Position numbers and translations under genes: made by a program. This document shows, piece after piece, positions 9,316 to 18,308 of a stretch of DNA of 64,000 nucleotides (positions are counted from its first letter, which is position 1; each line of letters begins with the position of its first letter). The stretch is from the NCBI GenBank assembly GCA_964399675.1, contig CAYNRK010000005.1, forward strand, positions 766-64,765, in the 5' to 3' direction. Source of the stretch: an uncultured Gammaproteobacteria bacterium (lineage in GTDB: Bacteria; Patescibacteriota; Patescibacteriia; UBA9934; GWF2-40-263). The notes under the pieces were generated by a model that was given only the letters and a program-made list of their open reading frames with translations, did not search any database and was not told the origin of the DNA.

Positions 9316-10335
9316 TCAGGCAGCTTCTTCCAGTTGGCTGTAGTCTTGCGTGGCGTTGAAGGCTTCGATCCTTCGGACGATCTCTCCATCACCTTCTCGG
9401 ATGAAGCTTCCGCCTTTGCAAGCCAGGCCCTCGTCGTCCAGACCAACGAAGATAGTGATGCCGCGTCCTTCGCCGTACTGTACTGCCTTGACCACGTTGA
9501 CTAGACGCGGCGGAGTGAACGAACCGTCCTTGAGTGCTGTTTCAAGCGGAGTGCCGCTAGCAGCAAACGTTGGGTTCAGGTGCATGGAGATGACTGCGCC
9601 AGGAATGCGATCCTGAATTCGGCTCAGGTAGTCGATTGCAGCCTGGATGTCAGCGACAGCTTCCTCTTCTGTCATGCCAGGCACTGGCTTGAACATGAAG
9701 TAGCACTTGGTATGGAAACCGTGCTTGGCAAGTCTTGCAACCAGCCTTTCGAACTGGTTGAGCGGAAGTCCTTTGAGAAAGACCCGCTCTCTGATTTGAT
9801 TGTCAAAGGCCTCGAATCCGACTGCGACTTCGAACGTGGTTGGGGTCTGCCCCTCGTCCACTGCCCGCCTGACGAATTCGAGCTCAGCGTCGTCCACGTA
9901 CTCTGCACGCGACTCAAACGAGAGAACCGCCATGTTGGGCAAGTGCTTGTTGCACATTGCAATGAAGTAGACGAGCGCAGCTGAGGAAAAGGTCTTCTGG
10001 TCAAGGACTGAGCCTTGGTTGCTGACGATTACCTTTCTGATCTTTTGGGCTCGAGTCTTGATCTCGTGGTGGTTGAACAGGTATTTGACCTGCTCCATGA
10101 TGTCCTCGAAACCGATGTGGTTTCGTGATGCTGTTGACGGCAGGTTGCAGCTAATGCATCTTTGCCATCTGCACGCTTGGGTGTGGAAGATCACGAACAG
10201 GACCAGGCCCTCGTGCGAGTTCTGGAAGAAGAACCTTACCGGACGAGTTGGGTCATGGTTGTCGTCAAACTCGTGAGTCTTGCCAACTGCCTTGTGGCCG
10301 CGTTCGATCCTTTGGCGTGTAGTTTCGTGTGGCAT
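9316..10335 (-). CDS. Radical SAM protein, archaeal RaSEA/TIGR01210-like
   Basis: CRWQRCISC cluster motif, NQGSVLD, FESRAEYV, EVAVGFE, YFMFKP, LHLNP-like MHLNPT, TPLE..F.PP.L. Confidence 0.75.
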   Translation of the reverse strand: MPHETTRQRIERGHKAVGKTHEFDDNHDPTRPVRFFFQNSHEGLVLFVIFHTQACRWQRCISCNLPSTASRNHIGFEDIMEQVKYLFNHHEIKTRAQKIRKVIVSNQGSVLDQKTFSSAALVYFIAMCNKHLPNMAVLSFESRAEYVDDAELEFVRRAVDEGQTPTTFEVAVGFEAFDNQIRERVFLKGLPLNQFERLVARLAKHGFHTKCYFMFKPVPGMTEEEAVADIQAAIDYLSRIQDRIPGAVISMHLNPTFAASGTPLETALKDGSFTPPRLVNVVKAVQYGEGRGITIFVGLDDEGLACKGGSFIREGDGEIVRRIEAFNATQDYSQLEEAA

Positions 10336-10448
10336 TTCAAGCTCCCATGTTCAAAGAGCGTTCGGACGATTCCGAAGGTCGACTTTAGGGAAATTATCAA
10401 TTTTTGTCAATGCAAATCAAAAACAGAGGATAACCTCTGTTTTTTTGT

Positions 10449-11432
10449 TTAAAGTTGAACTCCGATTTTTTTTCTAACTTCTACCATCTTTTTGCTTGCC
10501 ATCTTTTCCGCTTTTTTCGCTCCATCTGCTAAGACCTTTTTGAGCTTGTCTTCATCCTTTAGATAATCATTGATTTTTTCTTGGAGCGGAGTGAGGAATT
10601 CTGTTATGCGGGCTGCAAGGTCTTTTTTAAAGTCACCGTAACCTTTTCCATTAAATTTTTTCTCAATCGTTTTTATATCTTCATTTGTCACAAGTGCGTA
10701 GATTGTCAGAAGATTTGCCAAACCTTTTCTTGATTCATCGTAGACAATGGTTGATTCAGAATCAGTTACAGCACTTGCAATTTTTTTTGCAACGGTTTTT
10801 TCATCATCCATGAGGGAGATAAAGTTTTTCTCACTTGGTGCCGACTTTGACATTTTGTGATCTGGATCATCAAGCCCCAGAATGCGCGCGCCTTGTTTTC
10901 TGATTTGTGGTTTTGGAACAACAAAAGTTTCACCAAATCGATTATTGAATTTTTCTGCCAGATCTCTTGTGAGTTCAATATGTTGTTTTTGATCATCGCC
11001 AATTGGGACAATTTCAGTGTCATACAAAAGAATGTCCGCTGCCATTAAGACCGGATAATCGAATAGGCCAACGAAGTTATTTAATAGTTTCAACTTCTTA
11101 TCTTTATATTGTGTCATCCGTTCGAGTTCGCCCATTGTCGTTATGCAATTTAGTACCCATGCAAGTTCAGTGTGTTCTTGAACTGCTGACTGTTGAAATA
11201 GAATTGTTTTTTCAGGATCAACCCCGGCAGCTAAATAAGCTGCTGTTCCAAAAAGAATATTTTTGCGAAGATCTTTTGGATCTTGTGGAACAGTAATTGC
11301 GTGGTAATCAACAACAAATAAAAAATTTTCGTTTCCAGAATTCTGAAACTCAACAAATGGTTCCATGGCTCCGAAATAGTTTCCAATATGGAGCATTCCG
11401 GAAGGTTGTAGTGCGGTTAGTACTCTTGCCAT
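10449..11432 (-). CDS. trpS: Tryptophan--tRNA ligase
   Basis: QPSG.LHIGNY, YPVLMAADIL, GDDQKQH, KMSKS. Confidence 0.98.
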   Translation of the reverse strand: MARVLTALQPSGMLHIGNYFGAMEPFVEFQNSGNENFLFVVDYHAITVPQDPKDLRKNILFGTAAYLAAGVDPEKTILFQQSAVQEHTELAWVLNCITTMGELERMTQYKDKKLKLLNNFVGLFDYPVLMAADILLYDTEIVPIGDDQKQHIELTRDLAEKFNNRFGETFVVPKPQIRKQGARILGLDDPDHKMSKSAPSEKNFISLMDDEKTVAKKIASAVTDSESTIVYDESRKGLANLLTIYALVTNEDIKTIEKKFNGKGYGDFKKDLAARITEFLTPLQEKINDYLKDEDKLKKVLADGAKKAEKMASKKMVEVRKKIGVQL

Positions 11433-11491
11433 ATGTCCATTATCCTAACAGTTCTTTTTTAAAAAGAAAACACCCCTTGCGGGGCATTTTC

Positions 11492-13354
11492 TTAAACTTC
11501 TATAATCACTGGCAAGATCATTGGTCTGCGTTCTGTTTTCTTAAACAAGAATTTTCCAATCTTATCTCTTATTTGATTACGAATGTGTTTTGGATCTGAA
11601 ACAGATTTTGGATCATTGTCTATAAGAATTTTTCTTACTTCTTTGCGAGTTGCATCAATGAGATCTTTGTGTTCTTTCATAAAGATGAATCCGCGACTGA
11701 TAATATCCGGACTGCCAACAAGTTTTCCAGATCGTTTTTGAATCTGTACGATCACCATGACCATGCCGTCTTCTGCAAGCATTTGTCTGTCACGCAGCAC
11801 TACCTGACTAACATCTCCAACACCAAGTCCATCAACAAACACATAATGAGTCGGCACTTTGTCTTTTTTCAGCACCCCATGTTTTTTTGTGAACTCCATG
11901 ATTTGTCCATTATCAACAACGAACACATGATCTTCATCCCATCCCATTGAGTATGCCACTTGGGCATTCTCTCGAAGCAAGAAATGGTTTCCTGCAATTG
12001 GGACATAGTATTGAGGTTTAAACAACGCAAGCATGAGCTTGATGTCTTCTTGTTTTGCGTGTCCACCTGCGTGCACATCCATCATGCGGTAATTAATCAC
12101 CTTGGCTTCTTTTCGATAGAGTGTGTCCATGAGTCGTTGAACAGTTGCTTCGTTTCCTGGAATGACCGAGCTGGAAAAGATCACGGTATCGGTCTTTCTA
12201 ATTTTAACAGAGCGATGTTCATTGTTTGCAATGCGGTTAAGCGCTGCTCGTTTTTCTCCTTGAGCACCTGTGCAAATAAGAACGACTTTATTTTCAGGAT
12301 AGCTGTCCATTTGTTCAGGAGTAATTAGAGTTGATTGAGCGCATTTGATGTAGCCTAATTGTTTGGAGATTTCCACGTTTGTTTTCATGGAGTATCCATC
12401 GATTGCTACTTTTTTACCAAGTCGTTCTGAAGCCTCAATAATTTGTTTTACACGAGACAAAAGCGATGCAAATGTTCCAATGATCACGCGCCCTTTTGCA
12501 TTTTCAATAATTGCTTTAAGTTCTTCTCCAATGACTTTTTCAGACACTTGCTGTCCGGGACTGTTTGCATTGGTTGAATCTCCCATTAAGCACAGAACAC
12601 CTTTTTTTCCAATTTCAGCAATGTGCTGAAAGTCTGCATGTTCTGTACCAGATGGGTGGAAGTCAAACTTCCAATCACCAGTGTGACAAACAGTTCCAGC
12701 AGGTGTGTCAACCACGATTCCAAAAGAGTCTGGGATACTGTGGTTGATGTGAAAGAAGGAAACAGTGAAGCTTCCAAGCTTTAGCACGTCACTTGTTTTT
12801 GTTGGTTTGATGTTTAACTTTTGTGTATGGAAGTCCTCTTGGCGGCGTTTAATAATTGCGGCCGAGAGTGGTAGCGCAAAGATCGGTGGGTTTCCAATAT
12901 TTGGAATTGTGTGCGGGATTGCGCCAATGTGGTCATAGTGACCGTGGGTAATGATGACACCTTTTACGTTCTTCTCTTTTCCTTTGAGGTATGACATGTT
13001 TGGAATTATATAGTCAACTCCGGGCATGTCTTCCTCTGGGAACTGAAGTCCCATGTCAATCATTATGATGTCGTTTTTGTATTCAAGAAGGGTACAGTTA
13101 CGACCAACTTCTTCGCAGCCACCAAGTACCATGACGCGAAGCTTGTCACCTGTGGGCCCCTTGAATGTTTTAGTTTGCACCTGCCCTTGTTTTGTTGCAG
13201 GAGCTTTGGTTGTTTTACTTTGAGCAGAACCAGGCTTTGCGCGAAATACACGGCCTTTGAATTTCGAAGGGCCGCGTGTTCCTCGAGAGCTTGGTTTCTT
13301 ACCCGAGCGACTGCCTGATCGGCTGTGTCGCGCAGGTTTCTTTTTTTGAACCAT
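11492..13354 (-). CDS. rnj: Ribonuclease J
   Basis: GG.EEVGRN, THGHYDHIG, HSIPD, HTGDWK, IPGNE, RRPMILPVIIEV; basic N-terminal extension. Confidence 0.96.
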   Translation of the reverse strand: MVQKKKPARHSRSGSRSGKKPSSRGTRGPSKFKGRVFRAKPGSAQSKTTKAPATKQGQVQTKTFKGPTGDKLRVMVLGGCEEVGRNCTLLEYKNDIIMIDMGLQFPEEDMPGVDYIIPNMSYLKGKEKNVKGVIITHGHYDHIGAIPHTIPNIGNPPIFALPLSAAIIKRRQEDFHTQKLNIKPTKTSDVLKLGSFTVSFFHINHSIPDSFGIVVDTPAGTVCHTGDWKFDFHPSGTEHADFQHIAEIGKKGVLCLMGDSTNANSPGQQVSEKVIGEELKAIIENAKGRVIIGTFASLLSRVKQIIEASERLGKKVAIDGYSMKTNVEISKQLGYIKCAQSTLITPEQMDSYPENKVVLICTGAQGEKRAALNRIANNEHRSVKIRKTDTVIFSSSVIPGNEATVQRLMDTLYRKEAKVINYRMMDVHAGGHAKQEDIKLMLALFKPQYYVPIAGNHFLLRENAQVAYSMGWDEDHVFVVDNGQIMEFTKKHGVLKKDKVPTHYVFVDGLGVGDVSQVVLRDRQMLAEDGMVMVIVQIQKRSGKLVGSPDIISRGFIFMKEHKDLIDATRKEVRKILIDNDPKSVSDPKHIRNQIRDKIGKFLFKKTERRPMILPVIIEV

Positions 13355-13370
13355 ATTTTTTAGTAATCAA

Positions 13371-13472
13371 TAAAATAGAAATATAGTAGAAATATAGTAG
13401 AAATAAAATTGAAATAAGTTGTTTGTAAACAATCTATTTCTATTTGTTTCAATTTATTTCTGTATATTTCTC
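13371..13472. repeat. AT-rich short tandem/inverted repeat
   Basis: TAGAAATATAG units followed by complementary TATTTC units. Confidence 0.5.
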
Positions 13473-13582
13473 TTTCCAATTTTTTCCTTCAATTGTTAAA
13501 GAACATACTCTCTCCTTACATGTACGTGATCTTTTTGCAATGCACATTTGTGCGCTGAATAAAAAACCATCTACTTTTTACG

Positions 13583-13628
13583 GAGATTGCCGCGTCGGCC
13601 CGTCTGACGGGCCTCCTCGCAATGACGC
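13583..13628. repeat. Half GTCATTGCGAG palindromic element
   Basis: Reverse complement GCGTCATTGCGAGGAGGCCCGTCAGACGGGCCGACG matches the left arm of 5219-5323. Confidence 0.75.
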
Positions 13629-13706
13629 AGTGTGTTTTTATTATACGTTTTTTCCTAACAATAGGAAAGAATACTATCATGAATTGTTTATTTTGTCAAA
13701 GATTCG

Positions 13707-13792
13707 TGGTGGGCGAGGAGGGACTCGAACCCTCACGAGGAAACCTCACTACGCCCTGAACGTAGCGCGTCTACCAGTTCCGCCACTCGCCC
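13707..13792 (-). tRNA. tRNA-Leu(CAG)
   Basis: GGGCGAG acceptor stem, anticodon arm CTACG-TTCAGGG-CGTAG, long variable arm, GGTTCGAGTCC, encoded CCA. Confidence 0.95.
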
Positions 13793-13797
13793 AACAT

Positions 13798-15420
13798 TTA
13801 TTTCAAAGCCTTCTTTGTCTTGATATACCAATTTTCAATTCCTGCGAACCTGTCAGAAGCAACGCCAATTTTTTGAAGATCAATATTTTGAATTCTGTCT
13901 GTAACTGCATATCCATATGTTGATTCATATAAATGAACGTATGGGATATCAGTTGCCAGTTGTTCTTTAAAGAGATTTATATTTTCATTTCGTGTTTCTT
14001 CATCTGTTGCTGTTCGGGCTTTTTCTAACCACGAGTCCACCTTGTCGTTTTTATATCCGGCAAGATTAAGTCCGGGCTTTTTTGTTTGAGACGAGTGCCA
14101 GAAGAAATAATAATCCGGATCTGGAGTAAGCAGTATTGCAGTCAGGAGAATCTCAAAATTTCGCGGTTCAAGCACGTTTGTGAAAAAGAGTTCTTTTGGA
14201 ACAAGGTTAATCTCAATATTAAAGTTTAAAGGCTCAAGTTTATTCTTAATGCTTTCGGCCTGGAGTCGAAGTTCTTCGCTGTCAACTGTTGTGAGTGTTA
14301 TTGTTTCTTTCTCTTCGCCCAGGCTGAAGCCTGGGGCTACCTCATCTAGAATTTTTTCAATATCTTGTCTAACGCTTTTCTTTTTTAATGGCTCGCTTAA
14401 TTTTTGATTGAAAAGCAGCACTACATTTCTTGGTTGCGTTGGTTCATAGAGGTTAACAGAACGCAGGTTTCTTACTTGATCCAAAGATTCAAAAGGCACA
14501 TACGCAACACCTTCAACATGCTTTTCTTCAAGTGCGTTAATGGCAGTTTGTGAATCAGGGTAGAATTTAAATGTCAGACGTTCAAGGAACGCTGGGTTAT
14601 CATAGTAGTCCTCGTTTCGTTCCAGTGTGTATGATCGGATTGAACCTTTTTTGTCTTTTGTAAATTCTGCGAATTTGTATGGGCCACTTCCGATTGGTTG
14701 AATGTTGTAGGTAGCAAGCGGTGCGTTTTGCGGCAGAATTTCTGCCCATAGACTTGCAGGCAAAATACCAACAGTGAGTTGATCCTTGAAATGATAAAAA
14801 GGTTCTTCAAGAATGAATGAGATTGTTTTGTCATCAACTTGCAAGACACTGACATTTGCAAAAGAACTGGCAAGCGGGCTTCTGTAAGAAGTGTTTTGAA
14901 TTACACTTATAGTAAACAAAACATCTCTGGCTCTGACTTCCTCGCCATTATGGAATCGAGCGTTGTCTTTGATTTTTATTGTGTAAGTTTTTCCGTCCTC
15001 GCTTACTTCAAACGACTCAGCAAGATCAAGAATAAGTCCTTTGTCCTGATCCCATTTAAGAAGTCCTGAATAGATTAGTGATGCAAGATCAGCATCTACA
15101 TCGCTTGTGCGACCGTAGATAGGATTTATGAGTTGTGGTTCACCAATGAGTGCTTCTGTGTATTCACCTCCAACAGCTGGAATTACAACACGGTTCATAA
15201 CAACATATCCAATGATTAACATCAGAACTGACAACACTATCACGCCAAACGCGAATTTGATTACAGTTGATTCAGAGCCATTGAGAATATTGGGAAGTTG
15301 TTTCCATTGCGCCCAGCTTGGCATTGATTTTGTTTTGGACACGGAAAAAACCTGAGCTAATGTCAGGTTTTTGGTTTCATCAGTTGGTTTTCGTTTAAAA
15401 AAACGGATGAGGAATTTCAT
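13798..15420 (-). CDS. ABC transporter substrate-binding protein (family 5, OppA-like)
   Basis: GGEYTEALIGEP..INP, LIYSGL, FHNG, PIGSGPYKF. Confidence 0.9.
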   Translation of the reverse strand: MKFLIRFFKRKPTDETKNLTLAQVFSVSKTKSMPSWAQWKQLPNILNGSESTVIKFAFGVIVLSVLMLIIGYVVMNRVVIPAVGGEYTEALIGEPQLINPIYGRTSDVDADLASLIYSGLLKWDQDKGLILDLAESFEVSEDGKTYTIKIKDNARFHNGEEVRARDVLFTISVIQNTSYRSPLASSFANVSVLQVDDKTISFILEEPFYHFKDQLTVGILPASLWAEILPQNAPLATYNIQPIGSGPYKFAEFTKDKKGSIRSYTLERNEDYYDNPAFLERLTFKFYPDSQTAINALEEKHVEGVAYVPFESLDQVRNLRSVNLYEPTQPRNVVLLFNQKLSEPLKKKSVRQDIEKILDEVAPGFSLGEEKETITLTTVDSEELRLQAESIKNKLEPLNFNIEINLVPKELFFTNVLEPRNFEILLTAILLTPDPDYYFFWHSSQTKKPGLNLAGYKNDKVDSWLEKARTATDEETRNENINLFKEQLATDIPYVHLYESTYGYAVTDRIQNIDLQKIGVASDRFAGIENWYIKTKKALK

Positions 15421-15437
15421 TCGATCGCAGAATGCGA

Positions 15438-15659
15438 TTATAACAGTGCGTTTGCAAGAGCGATGCCGAAAAACAGAATCGCTATCACAATTGTGAGCTG
15501 ATGAATTTTTTTCTCAGCTCCACGTTTTGTGCGGTACACATTACCTCCTCCTCCAAAGGCAGCACCAAGTCCTGTGCCGCTTGCCTGTATCATAATGGCA
15601 ACAATAAGGAGCACTGCAAGGACTATTTGAGAAATATCGAGAATGAGTTCAAGATTCAT
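15438..15659 (-). CDS. secG: Preprotein translocase subunit SecG
   Basis: IMIQASGTGLGAAFGGG..YRTKRGAEK, 2 TM helices. Confidence 0.93.
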   Translation of the reverse strand: MNLELILDISQIVLAVLLIVAIMIQASGTGLGAAFGGGGNVYRTKRGAEKKIHQLTIVIAILFFGIALANALL

Positions 15660-15703
15660 AGGTGTTTTTAACGCAGGAACTCTAACAAAGCGTTGGCTTT
15701 TCG

Positions 15704-15829
15704 TCAATGCTTTAACTTTTTTGGTGTAGCAAAGCGTTTCATTCCTTTTCCACTCATGCGCATTTTAGTTTTCTTTTTCTTTTCCCTGCGCTCTGCACGT
15801 TTTTTTTCTTTTGCTTCTGCGTTGTTCAT
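15704..15829 (-). CDS. Small basic protein (41 aa), not in the ORF track
   Basis: MNNAEAKEKKRAERREKKKKTKMRMSGKGMKRFATPKKLKH; fills the gap upstream of secG on the same strand. Confidence 0.55.
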   Translation of the reverse strand: MNNAEAKEKKRAERREKKKKTKMRMSGKGMKRFATPKKLKH

Positions 15830-15902
15830 AGGTCTTATAGGTCAAATAGGACCTATTTGATTTCTGATAAGGGTTTCATTTATATGATATACTTTTTACT
15901 AT

Positions 15903-16643
15903 ATGAACGCCACGCCAGATGTGGTTGAGAATCAAAAAAGAAGTTGGATTGCAACGATCATAACTCTCGTTGTGCTTTTGGGTCTTGGTGCGTTTGCATG
16001 GAAAGTTGTTCGTTATGCTGATCTAATTAGTTCAGGTGAAATAAATACACTTGTTCAAGAACTTGATGGAACATATTCAGCCAGTGTTGTCCTTTCAACT
16101 ACCCCTATCCCAGACGGTGAGTTTGATGTATTAAGCACGGATGATCCTACATTGGGTGTTTCAAATGCGCCTGTTACTATTGTTGAGTTTGCAGATTTTG
16201 GCTGTCCTTATTCTCGTAGGTCAAGTTTGGTGATGAGAGAACTTGCAATGGAATATCCAACTTACATTAATTACACCTATCGTGACTTTCCGCTTGTTGA
16301 GCTTTATCCTTTTGCAAACAAGGCTGCTGAAGCAGGTCAGTGTGCGCATGATCAAGGAAAGTTTTGGGAGTATCATGACAAGTTGTATCAGAACCAAAAC
16401 AGACTTGATGAACAAGCGCTTTTTGATTTTGCATCGTCACTTAATATGAACACTCGTTTATTTAAGTCATGTCTTGAATCAGGAAAATACACAGAGGAGG
16501 TTCAAAAAGATTATGAAGATGGTGTTGAGGCTGGTGTCCGTGGCACACCAACATTTTTTATTAATGGCAATAGAGTTTCTGGGAGCATTCCAAAGGATGT
16601 GTTAGATCAAATCATCCAAAGTATTGTAAAGAATAGTTTATGA
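15903..16643 (+). CDS. DsbA/thioredoxin-fold protein (CxxS variant)
   Basis: APVTIVEFADFGCPYS, YRDFPL, CAHDQGKFWEYHD, GVRGTPTFFING. Confidence 0.9.
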   Translation: MNATPDVVENQKRSWIATIITLVVLLGLGAFAWKVVRYADLISSGEINTLVQELDGTYSASVVLSTTPIPDGEFDVLSTDDPTLGVSNAPVTIVEFADFGCPYSRRSSLVMRELAMEYPTYINYTYRDFPLVELYPFANKAAEAGQCAHDQGKFWEYHDKLYQNQNRLDEQALFDFASSLNMNTRLFKSCLESGKYTEEVQKDYEDGVEAGVRGTPTFFINGNRVSGSIPKDVLDQIIQSIVKNSL

Positions 16644-18091
16644 CAAGATCGTTTTCAAAAAGTATAAGACTTGCAATGATCGCAATGACGATCATGCTTG
16701 GTTTTTCATTTGCCTCACCAGCAAACGCACAAGCAACTCCTCCAGAGCCTTGCACTTGTTTTTGTAAAACAAAAGAAGATGGTGCAGTAGCAGAAAAAAC
16801 CAAAATGATTCCATCTGTATGTAGTTCTGCTTGCAATGATAAGAAAACAGGGAAAATTGGAGTCGCAGTGTGTGCTTACAGTTTTTCTGAATACCCAAGT
16901 CGCAGATTGAGTTGTTTTACAGAAGATGAATGTATTGGAAAAAATTATAAAGGTCTTTGGGATGCAAAATATAAACCACCAGAATGTCCGAAAAGCATGC
17001 GTTATTGTTATCCAGATCCTGCCAAGGGGAAGAAGACAAAACTTAATGTAGCGATCGGAGATTTGGAAATCACAGCTGACATTGGTGAGTATATGAGCCA
17101 GATGTATCGATTTTTATTAGGTGCAGGAATTGCCATTGCCATTGTTCTTACAATGGTAGGTGGCCTTCAATATGTTTTAGCTGCCGGTTCCGGACAAGTT
17201 ACAAGTGCAAAAAAACGTATTACAAATTCAATTACAGGACTTGTATTGTTGGTGTTTGCTTACACAATTCTCTACACTATTAATCCAAATCTTGTAACAC
17301 TTAAGGTTCCAAGTTTTCCAATTATTAAAACTGTGATATTGGCGGCAGAGAATTCTTGTGAGCAAATGATAAAAGATGGATTTGTTATTGAGCGTGAAGA
17401 CAACGGACAGAAACTTAGAGCATCATTTAAAGGCGTTGTTAAATGTGGGGTCATGGGCAAGGTTATTTCAGATGCAGCAGGTCAACAGGTTTCAGAAGGT
17501 GCGACTTGTCAGTTTGTTGGCTGTCCAAAAGATAAAAAATGTCTTGGTATTGGTAAAAATGCGATTTGTGGAGCCTGCACTGACGTATATCCTGATGCAG
17601 TAGAAAAAACCGGTGTTAAACCAAGTGAGTCGGTCTGTCAAGGATTAAAAAAGGACAATGTTGTCAAAGCGGGTGTAACAACAGAATGGAATTATTGTTG
17701 GCATTCACGAGATTTGGATTTACTTTTTGATAATTTTGATAAAGCCGGATATGCTGTTGGGGCTGGTACGGGCCCCCTTGGTGTTGCACTTGCTGCAAAA
17801 GTTGCAACAAACGATCTTCAATATGGAATTTGTTCTGAATTAAAAATAGATTGTTCGGAAATTACCAATTGTAAAAAATATGAAGACCTTAAAGTTAAGA
17901 CGTATCAATTAACAGAGGATTTGGATGATGTGCGAAGTAGCGACTGGGGTGCTGGAAATGTTAACTTAACCACGATTTGTGAATCTGATCCATGTGGGGT
18001 TGGAAAAGCGAAACCAGGAAAGGCAGCAGATCCGTGTCAGGTTGGTCTAGATGCTGAAGCAAATGATTGCGATCATGCATCAAATTGGTAG
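16640..18091 (+). CDS. CPR-type pilin (TrbC/VirB2-like) with cysteine-rich domains
   Basis: Signal peptide; MVGGLQYVLAAG...AKKRITNSITGLVLL...LYTINPNL; many Cys. Confidence 0.8.
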   Translation: MTRSFSKSIRLAMIAMTIMLGFSFASPANAQATPPEPCTCFCKTKEDGAVAEKTKMIPSVCSSACNDKKTGKIGVAVCAYSFSEYPSRRLSCFTEDECIGKNYKGLWDAKYKPPECPKSMRYCYPDPAKGKKTKLNVAIGDLEITADIGEYMSQMYRFLLGAGIAIAIVLTMVGGLQYVLAAGSGQVTSAKKRITNSITGLVLLVFAYTILYTINPNLVTLKVPSFPIIKTVILAAENSCEQMIKDGFVIEREDNGQKLRASFKGVVKCGVMGKVISDAAGQQVSEGATCQFVGCPKDKKCLGIGKNAICGACTDVYPDAVEKTGVKPSESVCQGLKKDNVVKAGVTTEWNYCWHSRDLDLLFDNFDKAGYAVGAGTGPLGVALAAKVATNDLQYGICSELKIDCSEITNCKKYEDLKVKTYQLTEDLDDVRSSDWGAGNVNLTTICESDPCGVGKAKPGKAADPCQVGLDAEANDCDHASNW

Positions 18092-18308
18092 ATCAGTTTT
18101 AATTACAAAAAAACAGGCAAGAGGTGAGTCTCTTGCCTGTTTTTATTTTATGTGATAGAGTGCCGGCCAGTGTTTATTTTAGAAAATAGTTAATGGTTGA
18201 CAGAAAATGGTAATGGAAAATTGAAAATAGAAATTAGATTAACCAATTTCCAATAACCAATTTCCATTACTACTTTCCATTAACCAACAACCAATTTCCA
18301 GCACTTCT

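Noticed and set aside
18185-18300. AACCAATTTCC-type repeats upstream of uvrA as a LexA box or CRISPR
   Set aside because: Low-complexity short repeats without spacers or a recognisable SOS box; similar to other intergenic micro-repeats (13371, 15828).
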